This document shows positions 1 through 11,442 of a DNA stretch of 64,000 bases, in pieces (position 1 is the stretch's first letter; the number at the start of each line of letters is the position of its first letter). The translations under genes were made by a program, and so were the position numbers. A model generated the notes under the pieces. That model was given only the letters and a program-made list of their open reading frames with translations, made no database searches and was not told the DNA's origin. This DNA comes from Lama guanicoe (taxonomy: Eukaryota). Where the stretch lies: the NCBI GenBank assembly GCA_013239625.1, contig MU056000.1, positions 9,370,232 through 9,434,231 on the forward strand, given 5' to 3'.

Positions 1-63
1 TGACACAACACCGTAAAATGATTATGAATCAATAAAAAATGTAAAAAAAAAAAAGAAAAAAAA
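1..63 (+). mobile_element. L1 3' end with poly(A) tail (camelid-type), truncated by window edge
   Basis: tgacacaacaccgtaaaatgattatgaatcAATAAAaaat followed by an A-rich tail; resembles recalled cetartiodactyl/camelid L1 3' termini. Confidence 0.6.
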
Positions 64-177
64 TAATACCATCCATGTCCATTTAGGCAGCGGTATTTGG
101 GACACATGTAGGCTAAAAAAAATTTGTTATTTATCTGACTTTTAAATTTAACTGGCTATTTCATCTGGAAATCCTGG
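64..177. mobile_element. MER33-like hAT DNA transposon fragment
   Basis: tatttgggacacatgtaggctaaaaaaaatttgttatttatctgacttttaaatttaactgg...atctggaaatcctg resembles the recalled MER33 end. Confidence 0.5.
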
Positions 178-1608
178 TGACAACGCAGTTCCTTGAAATA
201 TAGTAGTGGTCCGGTTAAATAACTGTTAATATTTCTTCTGTTTTCTTTGCCTCAGAATGAATTATTCATTTGTGCTGAGCAGTGTGCAAACAATAATAAA
301 GCCAAATCCACATTTTTGTGACACTCCTGACAAACTGCCGCCATATTAAAGAAATAAATTACAGGTCCTCTATCGCCTAGCAGCATGGCCCTCATCCCTA
401 TTTTTGAGGCATTTCAATCAACCTTGCAATCTTCACCAAGATGTAAGATATTAAACATACAATTTATCTGCCCTAAAGTAGCATTGATTTTAGAACTGTA
501 CGATCTTCTGACTTTTCTTTTTCCAGAGAATGGTCAAACTGACCATTTGGGCTATAAATTAGGTTTTTCATGGCTAGCATACTTCACATCGGCACTTTAT
601 TATACAAGCAACAATTATGTCATCGCCAGGCCCTGGTACAACACGAAGGGAGTGTAAATGTCAGGATTGATGGTGATGGCTCAGAGCCAGCTCATTAAAG
701 GCAATGGTGTGAATAATACAACTGTGTTGCCTTTGAAAGAACTGAGTATGTATTATCCACCTACCAGTGCACCAAAGCAGCATCATAAACATAGATCTCT
801 AACTGCAGCCCATTTAAATGATGAAAGGGTGTATATTAATCTATGAAATTGATTTTACCCAGGGGGAGAAATTGTTCTCTCTATTTATGAAAGTCAAAGC
901 ATTCAGTGCACAGAGAAGCACTTATCAAATGAGCATGCAGTATGCAGATGCATTTCACTAATGCTTCTTGCTAAGATAAATAGTCTGTGGTCGTAAAAGA
1001 TGCTACTACAATTTGCTAGAAATAAAGGAACTAAAAAGAGCGACATGTGTACAGCTTTTTGTAAACCCTGGAGAGTAAATTTTCTAAATTACCTGGCCTC
1101 TGTGTTTGATATACTTCATTTGAAAGTCATTGATAAAACATGACAGTAATTTTATGCACACATACACATACAAATAACTCAGTAGTTTTTTATATTTAGT
1201 TCTCCTCACAGGTAAGTTAATAAATCTTTTGGCAATAATCACATGCTTCTGACATACAATTCATTTTCAGGATCATAGGACCCCAATATTTTTTTTTTCA
1301 GATTGGGAAAATTATTTGAACATAGCATGTTCTCTATTCTTTCTCTCTGCAACAAGATTAGAATATTTCAATTTATGTGCGTAACTTCAAAACTAAGCAA
1401 GATAGCTCAGCAGACTCCTTTCTGGGATGCTTGCCATTCAGATATCTTTGAAGCGTATCATCTCATCTTTAAACAGCATTACCTAAGCCCAAAGTTAGAG
1501 GATTTGTTTTTTCCTCTAGTAGGCCCTTAGCAGATGCTTCTGGGCACATCTTCTACCTGCTAACACTCAAATTACAGATTCCAGGGGAAATGAAACTTCA
1601 CATAGCTT

Positions 1609-1705
1609 GAGTATGTGTACGTATGACTGGGACATTCTGCTGTGCACCAGAAGTTGACAGATTGTAACTGACTGTATTTCAATTAAAGAAAGAAAGAAAG
1701 AAAGT
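1609..1705 (+). mobile_element. 5'-truncated L1 3' tail (camelid-type) with (GAAA)n tail
   Basis: gtatgactgggacattctgctgtgcaccagaagttgacagattgtaactgactgtatttcaatt followed by aaagaaagaaag. Confidence 0.7.
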
Positions 1706-2139
1706 AAAATAAGAAATAACTGCATATATTTCAAGTCAGGGTTGGGAGAAGTTGGCTTTAAATATTCTTATATATGTTTAGTCTCTGAATTCCTACATAA
1801 CCTTCAAGATCAGTGTCCTTATCTGCATTTTTCAGGTTGAGACACTAAAATGTGAAAGATGAAAGTCCCAAAACTAAGAAATGGATGAGGAAAATTTTGA
1901 ACCTAAGACTTCCCATGTTGGGTAGCTGCCTTTCATAGGAGCCCTGCTTCTCTGGGGAGTGGGAAGAGCGGGATGTGGAGTGGGCTACGGACTTCTGGCT
2001 GAGCCTCACTTTTTGTCACATTATCTTCTTCCCAAAGGGCATTTACATCGTCTCCTTGATTCCCAGTTTTGTTGGATGGAATCATCTGCGTAGAACTTGG
2101 TATGAAATCCAGACGTCAATTTTAATCTCAACCCCTCTC

Positions 2140-2650
2140 CACTGAATCATCTGTAAATCCTGTCAACCCACCTTCCCGCGTACCTCTCACACGGGGTTCC
2201 CTGTTCTTGCCTTCAGGGCCGCTGCCTCTGCTCAGGCCCTCACTGTCACCTCACCTGGACTGCTATTCTACCCTGAAGTGGTCTTCCTGTAACAATTGTT
2301 TTTTCCTTTTGCCACTTCCAGGCCACGCTCCTAGATAACTCTTTCTAAAATGCAGATTGAACCATGCCTGCCATCTCCTGGCTCTTCTTATTTTGATGTC
2401 ACCCAAATTGTCTGTAAATGAAATCCAGACATCTTTGTATGGAGGAAGTAAGTCCTTTAATGACCTAGCCATCTTCCTGCCTCTTAGCTTGATTTACCAC
2501 CCCTGGCATAAAGGAACCTTACTTTGAAGTCTTACCAATTTTATGATCAACCCATCTATCTGCCTCTTTAATTTTGTTAGCTCTTGTCCTCTATAACACT
2601 GTCTCCTTCCCTAGAACAATCTTGATCTCTGGCGCTGCCATAGAAAATTT
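2140..2650 (+). mobile_element. L2 LINE fragment (continues after the MLT1A insertion)
   Basis: L2 hallmarks: aaatcctgtcaa, ctcacctggactgct, ctttctaaaatgcagattga, aaatccagacatc. Confidence 0.6.
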
Positions 2651-2657
2651 TGCTCAT

Positions 2658-3025
2658 TGCTATTGTCTGAATGTCTGTGCCCTCTCTCCCTGCCCAAAGC
2701 GTCAGTTCATTTGTTGAAACCTAACGCCAGATGAAATGGTGTTAGAAGGGGAAGCCTTTGAGAGGTGCTTAGGTCATGAGGATAGAGCTCTCGAGAACTG
2801 GATCAGAGCTCTTACAAAAGAGTCCCCACATGCTACTTCCACCATGTGGGGGCGCAGGAGAAGCTGGCAGTCTGGGAACAAGAAGTCAGTTCTCACCAGA
2901 ACTCGGCCATGCTGGCACCCTGATCTTGGACTTCCCGCATCCAGAGCTGTGAGAAATGAGTTCCTATTGTTTATAAGCTAACAGGTCTGTGGTATTTGTT
3001 ACAGCAGCTCAAAGGAACTAAGACA
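2658..3025 (+). mobile_element. MLT1A-type MaLR solo LTR with perfect 5-bp TSD
   Basis: TGctattgtctgaatg...gctggcaccctgatcttggacttcc...actaagaCA; flanked by CTCAT at 2653-2657 and 3026-3030. Confidence 0.85.
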
Positions 3026-3106
3026 CTCATATTTTTAAATGGCTTCAAGTAACATTTCCTCAATGAACCATAGCCTTAAGCCATTTTCCCTCTATCTCTC
3101 CCTCTA

Positions 3107-3152
3107 TGTGTGTTTGTGTGTGTGTCTGTGTGTCTGTGTGTGTATGTGTGTG
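3107..3152. repeat. imperfect (TG)n microsatellite
   Basis: tgtgtgtttgtgtgtgtgtctgtgtg... Confidence 0.9.
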
Positions 3153-3559
3153 TTTCCCCAAAGCATTCTGAATAGTGAAGAAGATAGAAGAGTTCCAAAA
3201 ATAGAAAAATTTCTGGCTTTTGTCTAAATCTCTTTGCAATTTCCTTATTTGCTTGAAGGGTAAACAAACTAACTTTTAGAATGATATGCGAGGCATGACT
3301 CTTGCTTCTGTGTTCTGAGTAATTTCTCATTAAATATTTCCTTTCACTTAGATTTCACCAAAACTTATCTTTTTCTCCAAATATATCATCCTTATCAGTA
3401 CCTCCTTGATCTTTCGTATGCTGTTTTAAATGATAAGAACCATCTTCTATTATTGACTGAGTGGAAAAATTTCAAAATCCAGCTCACTCAGAACCCTTTC
3501 AATAAACAATTTTAAGAATTGATAGGTAAAGTTGACTAGCATGGTATTAGGCGGTCTTA

Positions 3560-3935
3560 CATTGATAATAACCACGCACACAAAAATTCTCAATGTCTTA
3601 CAACAACTTTGTTTGGCTGCTAAACTCTTTTCTGTGTATTTTCTCATTCCTTCTGGGACTCAGACTGAAAGGCAAGCCCCTATTTGAATTTGTCTTTGTT
3701 CTGGTAAGTGACAAAGAACTAAAAGGCTGGTAGAAACACAAGATATCTTTTAAAGTTACATCATGGTTTCAGTGCCCATCACATCCAGTCACGTGCCCTT
3801 GGACAATACAAAGCACATGGACCAACCCAGCTTCGGTAGGACACACTGCATGTATGAAGGCAATTCTCAAGGATGAATCATCCTTTAATTAGAAAGATGA
3901 GTAACTATTTGGGAACAATAATGCAAACTACCTCG
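3560..3935 (-). mobile_element. old MaLR LTR (MLT1J/K-like)
   Basis: gggactcagactgaaaggc, cacatggaccaaccc and gaacaataatgcaaactacc resemble the MLT1J/K/L reverse strand. Confidence 0.5.
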
Positions 3936-3994
3936 TTAATTAAATTCATTTGGAAATTTTATCTCTAGCATCCTTCCTCTTTGAACAAAAGAAT

Positions 3995-4100
3995 GTGATT
4001 TATTCAGCCTTTTATATCCAGCACCTACCACAGTGCCTGAAACAATGGAGTTCATTAATTGTTGGCTAAATGAATTATTGGATGGATGAATGGATAAAGA
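3995..4100 (+). mobile_element. L2 3' end
   Basis: tatatccagcacctaccacagtgcctgaaaca...aatgaattattggatggatgaatgga. Confidence 0.6.
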
Positions 4101-7100
4101 TGAGGGAACAAATGGATATAACAATATTGCATTGTAGCTAAATTATAACAGTTGTATCACCTGGAACGTAACCAGAAATTCCTCTGAGCGTAGGTGTTTT
4201 ATTCAGATTTCTTTCATCACCCTTCCTGAAACTTCCAGCGATGAGCATGGCATGGTGTGGGGACATATTCAGACAGTCCTGCTGAGGAATGAGAAAATAA
4301 ATGACTATAGTGAATAGACAATCTGAGCCCCTTCATGTAAAATTGTCCTCCGATCAGTCCTCACTAACTGGGCATGTCATATAAAGGAGACAGGATCCTC
4401 CACTAGCTGCAATTGAAGAGAACTCTGGAAAACTACTCATATTTTTGCTCTATACAGCCTTGCTCTTGAAAGCACGCTGTGTGTATGAGTTTGGTTTTAT
4501 ACAGCTCAATGTAATTAAAATTCAAGGAGGAAGAAATGCCTACCTCCAAAGACAAAAACTGTCCCCTTAAAAATAATGCCAACATCTATTTCTGTCCTAT
4601 AAAAAAATATCCAAAAAGCATTTTACGGCATTTTCTCAGAACAGCATGGAATACAGTGGAAACAGAAGCTGTAACTGTGGTTCCATTGTTATGGGAGTGA
4701 ACAGAAACACTGTTTCCAGGTAAGTAGATAAAGCTGTGGTGGTTAGTTTTGCTGTTAGTGAGAAATCTGGGCTGAGTCATCTTCTGGTCTCTCATGTAAG
4801 ACATTTAGTTGTCTGGAAAGTGATGATGCTATTGTAATTGGCATAGACATTAGCAGTTTGCATGGAAACTACTTGCCTTTGTCATTAATTCCATCCTTGG
4901 CTCGCCTGGCCAACTTATGTTCCCTTCAGACTGTCAGACTTAACATCTTACTGAATCTCCCATCACAACTACAGTAATTTTTCCTGCTGCCAGTGCTCTT
5001 TTTTGGATATGATTTTGCTCACCAAACTAAATTGAGTATCTATTTAACACCAAGAAGGTTTAATAAAACTAAATTTATCTGCTGCCATTGAGTTGGGAGT
5101 TGCTGAAGAAGGTTTCAGAACACCCAAGATTTACCCTCTTTTAGTATCATCATTAAAATTAATCATTTCTGAAGGAAATATTTCCAAAAATCTATTCAAC
5201 ATTTACATATTTTCTTTAAAACGGAGGTAAATATGCATTTGTCCTGATGAATCAGCATTACTAATAATTAATTTCCATTAATACACTAATTACTGGCTTG
5301 CTTGCTTTTTTTAAGCTGTTTATTGTAATATTTTGTTTAGTTTGTTTGCTTTTTATGAAATTCATTCCCCATAATTTTTACTTGCTACTTGTTATCAGCT
5401 GTAAAGGATAAAAAGTAAAATTTTGACTGTAAAATTCTATACCTATTGAGTCAACAGCCTGGTAATAAAAGTCATTTATATGAAGTGAAAAGCAAACTGA
5501 GTAGCATATCCCCTTTGTAAGCATTGTCTGCTACATCCGTGTTTCCTTCTTTTTTCTCCTTTTTTTTTCCTTTTGTCAAACAAGCTTGCCAAAACATTAG
5601 GACAAGTTCTGTGGACAGGTAAACTAAATAAAATATTTTTTTCAGAAAATCTAGAGCACCATGTACTGTAAGACATACCATTATTTTACCACTCTAGAAA
5701 AGAAAAATATTTCTAATTAAGCTTTTTTTTATCACTCAGAGTTGCTTCATTATAAATTCAGTAGTGATTACTTAAAGACTTATTTACATATGTCTTTTTA
5801 TCTTCACAGTAAAAAAAAAAAAAGAAAAGAAAGAAAATATAAACGGAACAAGATCATTATGCTACTCCTCAAACTTCTTGGGCAACTTCACTTTTTGTGT
5901 GAATCTGTTTCCTATCATTCTGGACTTCACCATGGGATATAATTTTCTTCAACCTGATTATGTAGTTTCAACATTTTCCCTCCAGTAATTTTCGTCAGTC
6001 ACTTTATCAGTTTTTACTCATTAACCAACTGAAACTCAGCTATAAAATCTGAAGAGATGTCGTACCATGCTTATTTTTCTGGCTTAATTGGGAGAAAATA
6101 ACACCTCTGTGTGACCAGACGTTCACTGTGGTTTCTGTCTAAAATCTTACAAATTTTCTTCGGATATGAAAGTCCTGTTTCTTTTGTAAGATCATAACAG
6201 CGCAACACACACACACACACACTTTTAATAAGAAACTTTTTCCATGGAATCTGAAGTTAAATGTTATAATACATCAATGTAATTTAAAATTCATAGTAGA
6301 AGATATCTTTTCATTTTATTTTTAATGCTGTTGAGTGCATACCCATGTACCTGGACCTCTGCAGTCTGCCAGAGCTGTGATGCCTCAGTTGATTCACTAG
6401 ATTTGCTATTTGCTTCCACAAACAAAAGTACTTCCTTCTAGTACAAAGGGATGTCCAGTCCCTACACTTTCTGGAAAACTCTCTCCATACCAAGATGGTA
6501 GACAGCACATCAGCCTCCTGTCTTCTCAGAAGTCCCTGCCAGCGTACTTTCATCTTCACTCTAATCTGACCTTAAGTGACCTACACAACAGCCATTGGGT
6601 CTTTAGCACAGCACCTGGCTGTTTCAATTATGAAAATGTTTAGAGCAATTACCTTGGCAGGAACCAGTCTCAAGGACCCATCACTCCTGTTGACCCGTTT
6701 TGAACACATTTCATTCCTGTCATCACTTTGTTAATGTCACCTAATGTGTCTCTAAAACACAGTTTTATCTCTCTGATATTTTCATTAGGTGAAAGAGGTT
6801 CAATTAATGTCAGAGTAGAGTTCCTTGCAAACACTGTGGCCAGAATTTCACTTGTCTCATTAACAAGAATAAATTCAGCAACCAAAACAAAACAAGACAA
6901 AAATGCAAGTTACTCTCCTCCCTGAGCATTCCCAAGACCCTCCCTGGCTGATGTTTTGAGTAAGGATCCAGCTGTGCATCTAACAGCCCTAGGAATTGAT
7001 GACACCGGTGGCTTTAAACCAAGCCAAGGCAGATGGGACCCTCTTTTTTTAGCAATAGTGGGTGTAACAGAGGCAAAGAACTTCAGTCGCAATCCTCCCT

Positions 7101-8799
7101 GTCAACAGGTCTGCCCTCTCAGAAAATAACTAAGGCATGAGCATGAACTAAACATGGAGGATAATTTGATAGTGTCTGTGGGGAAAAGAAACTCTCAGTT
7201 TAATAGACAGGATTATAAATATTATAATAGAGTTATTAGTGAGAGCAGACTGAAAAGCAGCTGGATCGTAGCAGTCAAAAATGCCGTAGCCCCAGGCTTG
7301 AATATGAGAGTGCACAGCTGAAGCGGCTTTGCACCAAACGTTCTGTTCTGCAGCACCAATGAAGCTGGAGAGAAGGAACAGCGTATTCTGCTAATGACTC
7401 CAGGGAGAAGGGCGGATCATGACTCAGAGGGCTTAGCAACTATTTGCTTCTGAGAAGCAGCAGTGATGATATCTGAGTGACTCTCTTTTGACAAGAGCAT
7501 CTCTGCTTGAAATATTGGGAACTGCAGGGCATGTCTCTCAAGGGAAAAGGGGAACTTGAGAAATCTTAATGGTACTTTCTGGGATAGAAAAATCCCCCGG
7601 TTGCTCAGAGCACGGCTGTGTGAGGATGAGTGAGAGGGAAGGTCGCAGGACGATTTTGCACGTGTAGTAGACTCTCCAGCTCCCGTGCACCCACGTGGTC
7701 GTTGAGGAGTCATGGTGCTGATACGGAGAGGTCAATTGGTCTCTCACCCCTGATGAAAATTCTACAGGAAAACTGGAAACTAAATGCTATTCAAAACCAT
7801 ACTTATATTACAAATTACTAAGCAACTTGAGACAAATGTTCTACTTTAATCCCCTTAAGTCTTTTAGGGGTAATGGGTGCCCACGTTAACTCCAGACCTT
7901 GAAAACAAGGGGGCCAGGTCAGTCAACTGGGCGCTTCAGTGTTGAGAGGAAGTCAAAATGAGCAGACAGACCCATGAAAAGTATTTTTTGCTGACGAAGA
8001 GTCCTGAAACTGTAGCCTGTGGGTAATAGTACCCTGTCACTCAGGCTGCTAAAGCACATACAGCTCGGGAAAGATTTAAAGGCTGATGAATTATGATAAC
8101 AACATTTTTCTTCTATAATTGTGACATTAAATATGAATTTCATTCCAAATTTAAATCAAATTTAAATTTGAAGTAAAATCTTTGAATTAAATTGTGAAAG
8201 TATTGGCTTATTACATGTAACCCTTTGGGCCACAGTTCTAAGGCTAAGAAAAAAATTGATAATTTCAGAAGCAGAATTTTAGGAAAAGCCACAGAGAGAG
8301 ACGCCTGTTGCTCCTTGGGAAGCAGTCTTAGGAGCAAGCGGTGCTGAAGCCATTCCTTTCTACCCAAAATGACGTCCCCAGTCACAGTGACTTTCCCACA
8401 AAGTTAAACTGATGACATTTGAATTCCGGCAGATTTAAGAATGGCATGATGAGTGTGAGGAAACTGATCAGTGAGGTCCCTGGCCAGCGGGACTGAAGTG
8501 GCCAGAAAGATCAGAGCTATCTGAGCAGCGTTTATGTGGTTAAGCTGGAGCTCCTGTCTGTGACAGGTGAGTGCCTTAGCTTTGCCCACCCTGCGGGCAA
8601 TGAAAAGTTCAACCATGACAGACGGAGTTAAAGAGCTGCTCAGGAAGACAGTGCAAGCCAGTTTTGCAAATCGGTTAATATTGGATGGAACACTAAAAAC
8701 AGATTTGTTTTGTTTGTTTTTTAATTCTAGAAAGGTAGACCACTGACTCATGAGTTCCTTTGTCACAAATCTGGATCGAGAGGCAGATTTAAGAGAAGC

Positions 8800-9085
8800 A
8801 TGCTAGATAACTATAGCAGCCGATGCTGCCCATCACCAGCTCACACCGCTCGGGCATTCACAGTAGCCATTCCCACTGGGCTGTCCCCAGGGGCAGGAGC
8901 CAGCTCAGCCTCCCTGCGGGACAAGCCAGAGTGCTTAAGAGTCAAGCGCTCTGAAGCAGCCCACAACCGGTAACAAACCGGAAGCAGTGGGCAAGCAAAA
9001 TAATGTCGCACTCCTCCGGAGGGACAATTCTGAGGCTTGCTGGACACAAAACCCCGACTTCCAGCATCATTAATGCAACACACGC
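8800..9085 (+). mobile_element. LTR16-type ERVL LTR fragment, sense to and ~300 bp upstream of the SPATA31-like ATG
   Basis: gagtcaagcgctctgaagcagcccacaacc...ggagggacaattctgaggcttg resembles recalled LTR16 core (gagttaacgcc..gcagccctcaacc..gggataactctgaggc). Confidence 0.55.
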
Positions 9086-9377
9086 TGGGTCATGGGGGAA
9101 TAAATAGAGGTCATACTAGATAAAAACATACAGTTAAAAAAAAGTGAGTTGAAAACAGAGATGCAGCGAGAAGAGGAGCTGTGTCTTAGGTCCAGGGTGA
9201 GCAGAGGCGTCTGCTATGTTCAGGGAGAGGCAGAGTGCCCCCCTTCTCCTTTCTGCCCCTCTCCTACCCTTTGCAAGCCTGTGTGTCACTGCCGTAACTC
9301 TGTGATGTGCGTCTGGGATGCACACCCAGAGCTCACCTTCTCAAGGCCCACCTGCCTGAGGCAGCACAGCTCTTCCA

Positions 9378-9512
9378 ATGAGGGAGAAGTCCCTCCTTTT
9401 GAAATTCCGTTTCTATTTTTTTTGTGTTGTGTGGTTCCTCAGTGTACTTTTCCACCTTATAAAGAGGAGTCTATCTTCACCAATACTTCGGAAAATTAGA
9501 GAGAGCGATCAG
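9378..9512 (+). pseudogene. SPATA31-like exon 1 coding part (45 codons, open, predicted transmembrane/signal-anchor segment)
   Basis: MREKSLLLKFRFYFFCVVWFLSVLFHLIKRSLSSPILRKIRESDQ; phase-0 donor CAG|gtgagg at 9513. Confidence 0.65.
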
Positions 9513-10205
9513 GTGAGGGCACGCATAGCCCAGATCGCAGAGCAGCTGGACTCTGTCTTCTCCTCTTCCTCTCCCCACCTCCCTGCATCAGTTACACTGG
9601 CAAAGCGAGAAGCAGGAGCTCTCGGGCCGGACTGGAACATCATCATTCCAGGGACCAAGACAAATCTTTGTGCACGTGGTCGATGGCGCCATGGTATAAT
9701 TTCAAATAAAATTATAAAACAAAATCAACAGTGATTCAGTGACCCTGGGTTTGGTTATGAAGAGGGTTCCGGAAACCCGCAGGAGAACAAAGTGCCCCAA
9801 TCCTTGATCGTTGGTCCCCTCCCCACCAGGTGGGGCAGCCAAGTCTTTGTGCTGAGGCTGATAAGGAGAGCAGTGTTCCGGAGAGCAATGGGGAGCCCCT
9901 GAAAGACTCCGATCAGAGGCCAGAGCCCTGGCTCTGCCCTGTCGGATGGCAATACTGTGTCCTTCTTAAGCAGAGGAATACTAGCTGAAATATCAATTGT
10001 GGATCACCAGAGAGAGCAACTCTCTGAGGAAGAAATGTAAGAAGTACCACTGTGCCCCTATGAAAGAACAACAGGAAAGGAACCCAGGGCTTCATTAATC
10101 CAACACAGAGTCATGAGCATTGAGTGTCTGCACCTTTCCCACAGAGGAGATGGAGTCTGTCTGGACTTAACCTTTTTCTTGTCTTATTCTTTTCTTGTTT
10201 CTCAG

Positions 10206-10253
10206 AGTCAAAGCGGAGACAGGTAGGGGAGGTGGGGGAGGGAGCACTGAAAG
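10206..10253 (+). pseudogene. SPATA31-like exon 2 (disrupted)
   Basis: Long polypyrimidine tract ending ctcag at 10205; in-frame TAG at 10224-10226; ends CTGAAAG followed by non-canonical gctgat instead of GT. Confidence 0.55.
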
Positions 10254-10770
10254 GCTGATTTGGATTCATTTCCCCCTGAGCTTTCCAAGGGTTACCTATA
10301 ATCTCTTCTTCATGGGTTCCTATATCCACAGTCTCAGAGGAATCTGGTTGTTAATATGAGTCCCTCAATAAATAAAATGAAGCCACAGCAAGGTGTGTTC
10401 ATAGGAAGAGAATCAGAGCCTAAGATAAATCTCAGATTCTCTGCTCTGCCTGCTCCCGGGAGTGAATGACTGAGGAACCTGGCCAGTGGGTATTGCCCCA
10501 CAGTTGGTCATGGGATATGCAGTGGAGGCAAATTGGCTTTGGAGGCAGACGTCTGGGAAATGTCTTTGGACAAGTGGCATCGACCTCCCAAGTCTCACAT
10601 TTCTCCGTGAGATGGCACCTGGGGGCTGTAACCGCCAGTAATTGTGGGGTTCACAGGGGACAGCGTGTGGAATCCACTGAGTCAATGACAAATTTGTACA
10701 TGCACCTGAGCTCTACTGGTGTTATCGTCAATCGTTTTGCCTCTTCCTCTAACTCCTGGGGCTCTCTCAG

Positions 10771-11442
10771 TCTAACGTGCACAGGGATTAGCAGATAGCC
10801 CTGTGCAGAAAACACTCCAGCTCCTGCCGAGGGGATACGGGCTCATCTCAAAAGTCAATTTGGGACCAGAGTCCAAAGTTGGTTTCACTGGCTTTTGCCT
10901 CAAAAGAAAGGCAAAGGTCTAGAAGTTCCCCTTCCCCATATCACGTCGGGGTCAACTTCTAGGCAAGGCCCAGCTTCAGGTGAAACCGAGGATGTTTTTA
11001 TGGGCAATAAAGATGCCAGAAGTTGAGAGAACAAGAAACCCACTGGGCTGGTAATAGAGAAGAAAGTAGAAGTGATCCGTTGACATGATTGGGCTGCAGG
11101 TCAGGAGAATCCAGGTGCAGGCAGGTCTTTTAGATTCCTTACAGCCTCAAAGGGTGTGAATTTTCTCAACAGGAAGATCAGACTTGAAGTCAACTCAGGA
11201 AACTTCTGAGTTCTCAGAACCAATCCCTCCGGCCAGGGCACCTTCCTACCATGTCCCCCAGGAAGCCACAGGCAACACCACCAGGTTGCACCGGTGGTCC
11301 CAGAAATCTCAGGGCACCGCCACCATCTGTGAGGATAAGTGTTTCACTGCCAAACAGAAAATGCTCCTCCAGACCCTACTGAGAAGAAAATTTTACTGAA
11401 AAAAAAAAAAAAAAGAAATTGTCCACTCAGCAACTTCATTAA
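10771..11442 (+). pseudogene. SPATA31-like terminal exon (C-terminal region only, disrupted)
   Basis: Acceptor ctctctcag at 10770; TAA 10773-10775; frameshift near 10828; TGA 11024-11026 and 11081-11083; SPATA31 C-terminal similarity across frames. Confidence 0.7.

Larger units (their letters stand above)
9378..11442 (+). pseudogene. SPATA31: SPATA31 (FAM75)-family unprocessed pseudogene, compact 3-exon form (family-level call; subfamily not assigned)
   Basis: Exon 1 encodes a hydrophobic segment then SLSSPILRKIRESDQ with a GT donor. Short exon 2 ends GGAGCACTGAAAG, like the SPATA31 GTLK exon. The last exon gives QKTLQLLP/EGIRAHLKSQFGTRVQSWFHWLLPQKKGKGLEVPL and later SGHRHH and QTENA, matching recalled SPATA31 C-terminal motifs (QLLP..SHF....F.QWIF..K, SSHHHHC). 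Multiple stops and frameshifts. Confidence 0.75.

Noticed and set aside
9513..9734. Read-through part of the 118-aa ORF 9378..9734
   Set aside because: Family similarity stops at the GTGAGG donor at 9513; the remainder is most likely intron
10466..10798. 110-aa plus-strand ORF and overlapping 92-aa minus-strand ORF
   Set aside because: They lie mostly in the inferred intron and show no recognisable protein similarity
11399..11414. Poly(A) run as the tail of a processed SPATA31 retrocopy
   Set aside because: Introns with splice signals are retained, no AATAAA or TSD fits, and the run lies within the C-terminal coding-like region
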